Shown piece after piece: positions 1 through 11,373 of a stretch of 64,000 nt of DNA; within the stretch, counting starts at the first letter, position 1; each line of letters opens with the position of its first letter. The notes below the pieces were generated by a model. That model made no database searches. It was not told where the DNA came from and was given only the letters and a program-made list of their open reading frames with translations. The position numbers and the translations under genes are program-made. The DNA lies in contig JAAOMT010000575.1 of NCBI GenBank assembly GCA_016748015.1, positions 23,298-87,297 on the forward strand. Reading direction: 5' to 3'. Source of the DNA: Geosiphon pyriformis uo1. Lineage: Eukaryota; Fungi; Glomeromycota.

Positions 1-1853
1 AAATTATTTTGTATAAGTAAGAAAAGAAAATTTTAATTAATTGTGTTTTATTTTTAAAGACTTTATCTGATTTTATGAGTGTCTTTTAAAATGTTTAAAA
101 TATTCAAGTTTTATTGTCAATTACAAATCTAGCCTATTTGAATAATATAATTTTTCTAATTGAAATATTCCTTTAGAAAATTTTAACAATTTTTTTTCAA
201 GATTTTGAATCAAAATTTCTTTAATGACTGCAAAAAATTAAAGTTATTAACAGTTAATTTATGAAAAATTTGAATATATTGGGTAATAAGTTATTTGGAT
301 TTAATAAGTAAAAAAAAACTAAAAAATTACTGAAATAACTTGAATGCAATTAATTATGCTGCTAATATTAGAAAGAATACTCTGCTCGAGGAGTTTTGCT
401 TACTCTTTTTCCATCAGCCCAATCAAAAATGCTTTTTTTCTGTGCCACTATTCCTTTTACTTTTTCGCTGTGTTATACTTTGAAATTGACCCAAATATTC
501 TACGATAAAAGGTGTTTTTGGATTCTTATCCTACTGAAATACCACATTTCCTGGTCACATTTTTATAAAAGTTGGTTGTTTAGTATCTCACAATATTTAT
601 GACAATTCAAATTCTCATTAAAACCAATTTTCCAAATTTATAGCTTAAAGGGATTATGTGAAGAATGGCAATTTAGCCCAACCTTAAAAGCTCGTTCCGG
701 ACTTTTCGTTTGCCGACTTCCAAACTGTAATCTGATTTTGGCCGCAGTAGCGAAATAATTTCTGTACACGATTTTTACATTTGCGGCGATGAATCACAGT
801 ATAATTTTAAGTGGTAGCACGCATTGGGTAAATAATAATTTGGGTGACATTAGGCACATACAAAGATAACATTTATTCGTCGACCTTTTTTTGGCATATA
901 AAAAAAAAATTAATTTTGGGATTAAATAAATCCAGTAAATATTAATAAACTCAAATATTTACTTTGGATAAAAAAATTTTCTTGTGAATATTCCTTTTTA
1001 AATCGGCGAAAAAGATTTATGTAACATATTTAAATAGTAAATTCATTAAATTTTCATAAAATTCAGGCTTTCTATTCAATAAAAACTGTCTAAAATTTAT
1101 ACTCAATCTTTGAAATTTTATTTAGAAATTTCTAATAATTTGGATTTTGATCGAAATTCTCGAAAAATAAAGTTTTACCTCTCAAACAACCCAATAATTC
1201 TAATTTTAGTTTGATTTATAGCTTAATATTTTATTTTCAAATGAAATTTTAGATTTACAGAGCATTTTGTAATATAATCATTTTTAGGATTATAAAGATA
1301 GTAACTTTAAAATTTATCTATTTTATTCCATTATTTCAATTGATTCTAAAAGAGCAGTTATATCTTTAAATAGCAATGTTATTACTTACGTTGTTTTATA
1401 ACGTAAAAATCAATCGATTCTATTTAAAATTTGCCACTAATTTTCTTGACGGATTTTATTAATAACTACATAATGGGCATAAATTAAATGCAAAATATTT
1501 TGATCGGTCTGGTCAGGATTTAAATTCATTTTCCATTAATTTTTCAAACGTAAAAATGATATCGAATTTCATTGTGTTTTATCGAAACACTTGATTTTAT
1601 AGTTCATGAAAAGGTATCATTAACGACATCAAATGAATTAAAAACACGATTACAATAAGGAAACACTAAGAATATTACATGCATATAATAGTAAATTCAA
1701 TGAATTTACAATGATAATTATATCAAAAACAGGATATATTGTACTATTTGCAGTTATTATATAAACCCAGCTAATTTGACTTTAGACTTTTAATCCGAAA
1801 AAACTCTTTTACTATAAAAGACAAGATAAAATTTAATAAAGAAAAATTAACAA

Positions 1854-2786
1854 ATGGAACGACCATTAGGCACCTCACCTCTTTCTACACCTCGTATGTC
1901 GCACTGTTGCTGTTGCATCAGACTGAAACCAGCTGTGGTGATTATTACTTTATTAACAATGGTATATTTATAACTTTATAACAACTTTTTTTATAATTTC
2001 CTTAGCTTTATTTCCAATATTAATTATTATAAAATAATAAATATTATATTGAATCTTATTAGGTTAATAGTCTTTTTAATGCAATTACAGGAATTATGAC
2101 TTTTACTGAAGATGAATCATTAGGAAGATGTAAGAATTTATTATATTTTTTTTTGTTAAGATCTTTTTATTATTTTATACTTTTTCAATAAAAATTATTT
2201 TTACTTTTTTAGTTGATAAACTTTACTCGAATTTCTCTCTAATTGCTAGTATTATTAACCTTATAATCACTCTTGGATCAATATATGGTTTATTCGTTAT
2301 CACTTTTGCGGTATTTTAATAAATATTTCACACTACTAAAAATAATTATTTAAATATTTTATTTATCTCATCCTCAACTTTCTAACCTTTAAATCTCTTG
2401 TATAGAATATCTACCGTCTTCTCCGCCCATATGTTATATTTACTTACCTAAGTATTGTATTACAATTCACCCTCGGAACCTTGAAAATAATCTTTTGTAG
2501 CAGTTTATCCGATAATAAGTATCATTGCACAATTTATTACCATCAACTGCTACCATTTTATATTGTTTCATTTGTTTTAGAAATATTATTACTGGTGAGT
2601 AAATATTTTAAATTAAGAGTATTTAAAAGAAATTCGTTAAAAATAATTTTAACATATATTTTTCATCCTTAGATTTATTTCTCTTTGGTTATTGCTGCGT
2701 ATGCTACTCATCGTCGCGAAAAAGAAGAGCGAAACATAGAATCTAGAGAAAATAATGGGAATTTGGCATTTAACAATAATGGATGA
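1854..2786 (+). CDS. Spliced gene, 191-aa small membrane protein (probably 4 TM) with an N-terminal CCCC motif; exons 1854-1961, 2063-2129, 2213-2310, 2406-2594, 2673-2786
   Basis: Manual splicing at four GT..AG introns keeps the frame with no stops: MERPLGTSPLSTPRMSHCCCCIRLKPAVVIITLLTM|VNSLFNAITGIM...|FDKLYSNFSLIASIINLIITLGSIYGLFVITFA|NIYRLLRPYVIFTYLSIVLQFTLGTLKII...FVLEILLL|IYFSLVIAAYATHRREKEE...NNG*. Four hydrophobic segments and a charged C-terminal tail. Confidence 0.85.
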
Positions 2787-2800
2787 AATCCATACTCCTC

Positions 2801-2886
<86 letters not shown>
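2801..2886. repeat. (AAT)n microsatellite in the 3' flank of the membrane-protein gene
   Basis: Perfect ataataata run; it produces the spurious poly-Ile ORF 2783..2983. Confidence 0.97.
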
Positions 2887-2887
<1 letters not shown>

Positions 2888-4349
2888 TTGATATTGATTC
2901 TTTATAATGATGTTTTTAGCTGTAAAAAAGCTATATATATATTATTTTTTTGGTTAATGAGATTTAAAAAATGGTTAGTTTGATTCATCTACTCGATTTC
3001 TGAGGGCTTTTAACTTTAAATTATTTCCTTATCAAAAATATTTATGCATATACATATTTTTAAAGTGAGCCTTTTAGTCAATTTGTTTTGTTTTTAGCAT
3101 TAGAGATGTCGATGCATGAATATTAAATAATTATTATGCTTATATTGAAAGCGTCACCACAAAGAATTTTCAAATTAATTTTAACTTATCACGTTGCGGT
3201 TTTACTTAGAGGGCATGGTAAATTTTTACCAGATTATAAAAACCTGAAACATTTTAATTTACAAGGTTAATCATTTTTTTGTTCATGCTTCATAATAGTG
3301 AATTAATTATTTACTAAGATGAGCATGTTTAAATTTTTGTCATTTGATATTTCAAATGTAAAAATCCATGATTAAAGTAAAAGTGTTTGTTCCCATCTTA
3401 TTAAAAGTTGATAAACCATTTTTTGTCTAATACGTTTGAAATAGTAAAATATGGTTTCAGTTTTTTGTGAGTTCTGAAAATGATCGCGTCAGGTCTCTTC
3501 TGATTTTAAAAATAATTTACTTTATACTTTGTCGGCTCTTGATTTGATTTTCAATTTTTTTGGCCCCCAGACAATAACCTTTTCAAGAACAAAGGTATCG
3601 AATTTTTTATATTTCTATTTTAGCGAAATCTTAAGTTTGACCACAAATTTTTAAAAACTTCATGATTTGGCAAATTAGCTTTTGAATTTTCAAGATAGAT
3701 ATTCGATTTATATTTTCCCTCACATTTCATCAAAGAAAATAATTTTTGTCCCAATTATAAATAGTTTTATTTTTATTATTTTTCCTTCATCTTTCCAAAA
3801 TACAGAAACAATTTAAAAAAAATTCGTCTTTTACAAAGCTTTTATGTTTCTCATCCTTCTATTAGTGAGAAAAAATTTTCTCAATGCAATAAATTTAGTA
3901 ACTTAGACTAGTTTTTCTTTTTTCCTTTTAAGTTGAAATGTTTTTTTTCGTCAGAAAATACACGAACCGAAATATTGAAAATCTAATATGTAATGTGAAG
4001 AAAATTTCACGCTCTTAATTTGTCATAGAAATATCATCATGATATAATAATCATTATTGTCTTAACGAAATTTTAATAGCAGGTACTCCTCATATGTTAT
4101 TATAATTTTTATTACAATTTTTATTATTATCAAGCAGTAAACACCCTTCTTACACCAAAACCCTTCCATATTTAGGATATGATTTCGGAGTAAAACATGT
4201 CGAGTCACTATTGTAGCTTTTATTATTATTCAAATCAATATTATTTTTTCAACTAGTATAAAATTCAGTGCTGATTTTGTGAAAAATTTCTTTCCCTAAA
4301 GACCACAGATTGACCTGTAAATATTTCAAAAACTTCTTATATCTTACCA

Positions 4350-5881
4350 ATGTCACCCCAACAACACCTTCTCGCTTTATCCAATGATTTTTGGAATTTA
4401 TTCAACACTCAGAAGTTCTCTGATGTTAACATTATAGTTGGCGAAGAGCCCAATATCAAAACTTTTCATGCTCATTCGCAAATTTTAGCAGCAAAATCAC
4501 CATATTTTGCTATAGCACTCTCTAGTAATTAGATTAAAAGGCAAAACAATACCATTATCTTGGCTAAACCTAATGTTTCACCTAATAATTTTGACATAAT
4601 TCTCAGGTAAAGAGTTTCATTTGCTTTTAAGAATTTTAGCCAAAATTAAATCAAATATTTTATTTTCCTGCACAGATACATTTATAATGGTGATATCTCT
4701 CTTGATAAACATGAAGTGCCTACCATTTTAGAATTGCTTGTTACCGCTGATGAGCTTATTCTAGAGAATCTTATTGATACCATTGAAGACTATTTGATTG
4801 AACACCATCCAAAAGAGCTTGAAAAAAGTTTCGCCACTTTGCACAACATTTCATTTATGCATGATTCTTTCAAAAAGTCAAAAAAATTTTGCACTGAAAT
4901 AGCTGCTAACAATCCAGCTATAATCTTCAACTCGCAAGACTTCACCTCTCTTAGTGAGAATTTTCTTTCCTCAATTTTAACGCGGAATGACCTAAATATG
5001 GAAGAATCTAAAATATGGGAAAAGATTGTGGAATGGGGAGTTGCTAAATTGGATAAAAATTTTCAGATGGAAAAGGTTCTTTACTGGACAGATGAAAACT
5101 TTAATGTCTTCAAGGAATCCGTTGAAAGACTTCTACCATTGATCCGCTTCTTTAACATATCTGCAGTTTACTTTTATCACAAAGTAAAACCATTTGCGAG
5201 AATTTTACCTGGAACTTTATGTGAAGATCTTTTACATCATTATCTCGTACCAGGTAGTCAACAAAAGTCTGTAGATGCTCAGCCATCACGTTTTTGCCAC
5301 TTAAATACTGATTCAAGGCCTCTTGAATCGCAAGATATAAAACGCCTTGATCGTTGGATTCAAGGCAAAAACAGAAATGCTGTTTTTGAAACTCAACTTG
5401 GAAATGATTTTAATTTGTTACTTCGAGGTAGTCGAGACGGATTCACTCCAGCCGATTTTCATCGATTATGCGATAATAAAGGAGCAACAGTTAGCGTAAT
5501 CAAAGTGAAAGGAACTGGTCAGCTAATAGGTGGCTATAACCCACAATCGTGGTACTCTAGAGGTAGTTGGTTGGATGGAGAAGGAAGTTTTATTTTTACC
5601 CTTGGAGATGGAAATATTAAACTTAGCAGATATGTTGGCGAATGTGGACCTTATGGGAATCTAAATTATGGTCCCTATTTTGAGGTAGTGGTCTTGTATT
5701 CGGTAGCAATGATTTTGGAGGTGGTAGTATTGTATTGGGTAGCAAAGATTTTAAAAATAGATCAGGGTGCTATTGTAAAAAGACAAGAAATTATGAGCAT
5801 TCTATAATGTCTGGATCAGAAAAGCAACGGGTAGATTTTTTAGTCGAGGAGTATGAAGTTTTTCAAATTATAAAAAGATAG
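4350..5881 (+). pseudogene. BTB/POZ-BACK-TLDc protein, disrupted (exon 4350-4606, intron 4607-4675, exon 4676-5881)
   Basis: BTB motif (SDVNIIVGEEPNIKTFHAHSQILAAKSPYF), BACK-like EESKIWEKIVEWG and TLDc (LLLRGSRDGF, HRLCDNKG, IGGYNP, GPYF, FLVEEYEVFQI). In-frame TAG at 4530-4532 where Trp is expected (SSN*IK), and a 1-nt frameshift near 5682 before the canonical TLDc end. Confidence 0.88.
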
Positions 5882-8800
5882 ATTCGCTTTTATTTAATTT
5901 AATTATATATTTCCTGAAGGTTGTGTTATCTATTTTTAAATTTTTCACTGACAAAATATTCTATAGGCTACTATTTTAAGCCCCACAATAAATTTAAAAG
6001 AATAACATGCTTATTCAGGTTTAACTTGAAAACCGAAAGACTCGTATAAAAATTCGTATGTGAATGAATCTAATGGAATGAATCATTTATTTTAGATCAC
6101 ATGTTAAAAAAGTGCGAAAGTCGTAAAATTTCTTGCCCCGATGATACTAATCTCGATTTATCATTCTTATGATCAATGATTTCGGTAGGTTCCATTTTGA
6201 TTCAGTCGTAAAAAGTGGCTTAAAATCAAGAATAACCATTATATCTCTTAGTTAGCTGCATTCAAAACTTTCTAATAGAAAATAAACAAATAACCCTTCT
6301 TACTTGCGTGTTTACTTAATCGTTGTCGTGATTCTAAAGGATTCAAACGAAATGGACGAAGGAATAATCAATCTTGAAAATAAATTTCCCAGAAATCAAT
6401 GAAGTAAAATAAGTTTTTTAAACTGCCGAGTATTTCTACATATTTGCCTAATGGGTTTTTTATACTATGAATCCATCACAAAATTATCATCGAGGATAGT
6501 AAAATAATCTTATCTGGTTGATTCAATGTATTTCTAAACATCCCTCTACATGATAGTATTTTTACTTTACAGAGATACTTGGTCTCAGCATCGGTCCAGT
6601 TTCATTGTTTTGATAAATAGAAATATTATTATTGAACAATAAGGTTATAAGTTATGTTTACTTCAATTTAAAATATAAAGTTTATATTACTTTATACAGT
6701 AATATAGATGACATATAATAGTTATATTACACTACCTCATAGTAGATCATTTATTAGTATCTAAAGAGAACCTACTCATTATAAAAATCATATGATCATA
6801 TGGAAACTAAAATAACTTATGGAATGTTTCGTAATTGGGTCTACTGGTTCACTGCTTTTACTGTCTTACTAAAATTTCTGGGCTGGTACATCAAGAAACA
6901 AAAATATTATAGACATCCTAAGATTTTACAATATCTTTCAAAAAATGCTAAGATTGAATGGAATGGGAAAACGGGAGAATTAATTTTTTCATTAAAAACA
7001 GATGCTCGGTACGAAATTTTTTATATCAAAACTACCTATATAATATTTTACTAAAATATAATTAGACTTAAGTTAAAATAATCTAAAAAATTGAAATAAT
7101 CAAGAGATTCAGAAAAACCACCTCATTTTCAAAATGTTATTTCTCTTTTGAATTTTTTTTGGATAGTTGTTTAATTTTCTGTTCTCCTTAATTTTTCAAT
7201 ATTTCAAAATTCTTATTTTCGGAAACATTGACATCTAAATACAACTAGTATTATGCTAATATCATCCTAACTGTTTCTTATTATGAAATAATCGCCATTA
7301 AATAAAGGCCTGATTTAAATTTTATGAAAATTAGTGCATTTAAGTGAATTAAAAGACTGTATATAAACAGAGATCAAAGAATAACTAGTATTATTAATAC
7401 AAAATTCTTCAAAACATTCTTTCAAATAGCTTTACAATCACTCTGCAATTCTCTTTATTAAATAAAAAGCTATATTATATTATTAAACATCATAAATAAT
7501 TTTTAATTATGCTAAAATTTTGATATTCAAACAACACTTCTATCTTTTCTAATTCTACTTTTTTATTTTCATTTAGTTATTGAACCAGCTCTTTTACAAA
7601 TCCATATGATTAATCAAACTTTAGATTGAAGATAAACAAATAGTATTTTCCAAATTGTAATGAAAAGACAAATTTTTAGTATGTAGTTTATGGAATAATA
7701 TCTAATAATGTTGTAGACTATAAAAGATTTGAGAAATAACATAATAAAAATAAAAGCATAAGCTGTAGAAATAAAAAAACAGCAAAAAATATAATTAATT
7801 AACATAATTAAAATCTTGTTTCTTTTTGTTTTATATTGATTATTTGACTTGCCTAAAATACTTTGAAATAATTATTATCAAATAGCTTTAATTTTAATTT
7901 CTCGGAATTTTTTTTAGTATTTCACATTATTTTTACAAACTAAAACTTTTTGTTTTATATTAATTTTCTAAATAACTTAAAATTATTTTACAAAAATAAA
8001 GCATAATAAAAATAACTAGCTCTATTTATTAATAATTAAATTATTTACCTAAAAACTGATTTAAATCTTAAGTGTCACAATATTAATACTTTTGAAAAAT
8101 TTGGTTGTTTTTATCAAATGATTTTGTTTTTAAAAGTATAATATTTGGCAATTATTAAATAAGCACTAATTTGTTTATTTTAAAATTCTAAAAATTTTTG
8201 AACTATTCTTTAATATTGTATATAGCTTTTTTTAAAATAATTTTTATCACAATTATTATGCTTATTTCATGTAAATACATTATTTTTAATTATATTTTTA
8301 TTTAGTATTTGTTTTTTTTTCAAGAATAAATATTTTTAGATTAACTCCTTTATATTGGGTTTATTGGAATTTGTGATATTAATACTTCGTCAAAAACTAT
8401 AGATTTTTTATTGTTATTTTTAGGAAATTTTCGCATATTTACATTTAATATAGATTAAACAAAAATTTGAGACCTTCATAAAAATTTTGAAATTCATAAT
8501 ATTTTTCAATTTTACTAACAATAATTCGAATGTTTCTTTGCTCAAAAATTACATATTTTTTTTAGAAATATATTCCTGACAAAATGACCAAAAACTTGAG
8601 CAAAATCTTCAAATTCTTTGCTTAAAATAGATTTTGCCTAAATATAACGAATTCGTCAAATGTAGACATTTCATTATGAATGACCTAATATTAGATAGAA
8701 AATACAGTACATATATTGTCCAAATACAAGTGAGGTTATCCAAGCGATCCAAAAATTAGTTGAAGATAGATATCCCATTATAATTTAATGTGAGATATAA

Positions 8801-10063
8801 AATACAGTATGGAATAAACTTTAAATCAAGCCAAAACAGCAAAGGAAGTTTTCATTGTCTTTATATAAACATTTAAGTAGTTTTCATAGTTAAAGTAAAA
8901 ATTATCAAAAATACAAGAATTAAGCAGGTTAATTTTCTATAAAAATAAGAAAACTTATAAAGTAATGATAATATTAAATAAAAAGCTCTCAAAGAACAGC
9001 ATTAGATTTTTATTGGCTTTAACGGCATTTATTTTGATAGATTAGGACAAAAATAAATTTAACCTTTTACAAATTGGAAAAATTCAATTCTGATTAAAAG
9101 CGCACAGTATAAAAACTTGTTTTAGAATTCCTAGATTGAAAAGTTTAAAAAAATGCAAGATTTTTGCAGATTATATGCTAATATTAAATAAAGATACTCT
9201 TTTATCTGAAAAAACGTGAAAACTTATTTTGGATTTAAAATTCCAGTGAGAAAAAGATTTTTGATTTACTGTAAAATTATTTTACAATGCTAATTGAAAG
9301 ATCAATGTTAAAATGAGAGGAAATATTATAACAAAGATATTTTATGAAGATTTGATTATTTTTCTATACACACAATTGATTGATAATATTTTAAATCCTT
9401 TTAAATAGATTTTATTCTTTTGTTACTATTGTTTAGAAATCTCTAATTAAAAAATAAAATTTTACTTTTGGCGATGGGAATATTTCTTTATAATAAATTA
9501 GAAGCTGCAGCCATTAGAAATTTCAATTTAAAACGCATTAATCACATTTACCATACGAAATTTAAACATATTAAAAAATTGTAATATATATATATATATA
9601 TGAGATCATTTCTGTGGAATAAAGTTATTTATTTATTTATTTATTTATTCGTTTGTTCATTTTGAAAACGCAATACAAAGTTTCTATAGCTTAATTGACC
9701 ATATTCCAAATGTTAAAATTATAGGAGATGTTTGATATTTTTGGTACACTCATATCAAAATAAATTCAAATAAACTCCTTAAAAGTTCTCAATTTTTAAC
9801 CAAATTCCATATGAACTAATATAATTGCATATTATAAAATCATTATTATATGTACACGCATTTTGGAATATCCTATCAATCATGTGCATATGATATTAAC
9901 CCAACAGAACAAATGATAGCTTTGAATATAGTTTTTTCCGAAGATTTTCATAATAAAAAATAAGTAATGTCGGTCAAAATTTAAAGAAAAATATTTCAAG
10001 AGATTCAATAATAGGACTTTTTTGATATTATTCATAATAAACTCATGGAAAAGTAAATAACTG

Positions 10064-11373
10064 ATGAAACGAATGGAATTGTTATTTCGTCTCATCAAGA
10101 GAAACAATTTTTTTTGGATTACTATATTCTTATGCTTGATCTTTTCAGCTACGAACTCTTCTGCTGATGAGAAGGAGCCCGAGTATTCCGACGCTCCATC
10201 ATGGCAAACATTTTTTTCAACTGAAAATTTATTCAAATTGCTCCAACAAGCTCCAATAAAGGACAGTTCTACTCAAACCCAAATAACAAAGAAAACAAGT
10301 CTATCATTTTTGTCCAAGGTGACAAGATTGACGCAGGAAATTTATTGCCAGAACAATTCAGAATTGATGATTGCGCCTGGGATATATGGTAAGTGAAAGA
10401 AACGTTAAACTGAAATTATATTAAAAGAAACCAATTGAAAAAATAAAATTTCGACAATTTAGCTTGGATATCTTCTCTCCAAGATAAAATTGAATCTCCA
10501 CACCAAGATAAGATTTATGAGTACTATAAGGAAACGTGGTTGGGTTACGCAATAATTGCAAGATTTAGAACTCCAGAATTAAATTATAATGAGCTTATTG
10601 CCATGGGCAAAAAGCCAAAAACGGTACCTTTTCCTTATAATAGAAAAGCTATGATATTAGGAGACTTTTTCACAAAATATTGGGATCTCGCAAATCAGAT
10701 TGCTGAAAGTTTGAAATTTTATGGAGAGGAAGTAGTTTATACATATGATGCTTTTATTTTTACTGGACATGGCGGGGGAGCAGGTAAAAGTTTAAATAAA
10801 TAAAAGATAAATTTTTTAAATATTTCCTAGCCAATTAATTTTTTTATTTCAATTTTTTCACAGTACTAGCAACTTTCACCGCATTGGTTTTCCAGCATAA
10901 GTGGCCTAAAAGGAAAATAAAATTGGTAACCTATGGAGCCCCACGTATAGGAAACTACTTTTTTATAATGTATTTACAGTCACGGTTCTGGGTTGAACGG
11001 GTAACAGTCCGTCAAGATAATGTTCCCCTATTCTTTGGAAACAAATATTTGACTCACACTGCCTATGAAACTTGGATTGCTGGAGATGAAGATTGTGATT
11101 GTTCAGATATTAACGAGAACGTAAAACCAGAGATATATCGATGTACCAATTTTGTGGGTGGTGAGAATATGGTTTGTTCGAGCTTTATAATTTGGGATGA
11201 TATGCTAAATTTTATTTCTCTTCCTCTTTTACTCACCTTATTAATTCAAACTTTTCTAGAAATGTAACTTAAAATTCGAGCCACCAAAACCTACATTTCC
11301 GGAACAAAGACCAAGTGACCATTTAGGACCATATTTCAATTATATAATGTCTCCTGAAGGATGTAAAAGATAA
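10064..11373 (+). CDS. Class-3 lipase (alpha/beta hydrolase) homologue, 355 aa, probably secreted, nucleophile Ser replaced by Gly; exons 10064-10388, 10463-10783, 10864-11171, 11260-11373
   Basis: Three GT..AG introns join three track ORFs plus a final exon in frame. Hydrophobic N-terminus (FFWITIFLCLIFSATNSSA), FTGHGGGAVLA elbow, VTYGAPRIGN, RVT..QDNVP, ETWI, GENMKCN and DHLGPYF are fungal Lipase_3 hallmarks. Confidence 0.9.

Noticed and set aside
690-870. CpG-containing patch with a short inverted repeat (ccgcag...tgcgg)
   Set aside because: No recognisable tRNA/ncRNA fold or ORF; probably unmutated promoter or intergenic DNA.
2783-2983. 66-aa poly-isoleucine ORF
   Set aside because: Translation of an (AAT)n microsatellite overlapping the true stop of the upstream gene.
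6350-7054. 84-aa ORF (METKITYGMFRNW...) and possible upstream exon fragments
   Set aside because: Looks somewhat coding, but I could not build a consistent spliced model or recognise any motif.
7100-9900. Short ORF 7614..7805 and similar F/I/L/K-rich ORFs in AT-rich DNA
   Set aside because: Composition-driven chance ORFs with no splice or motif support.
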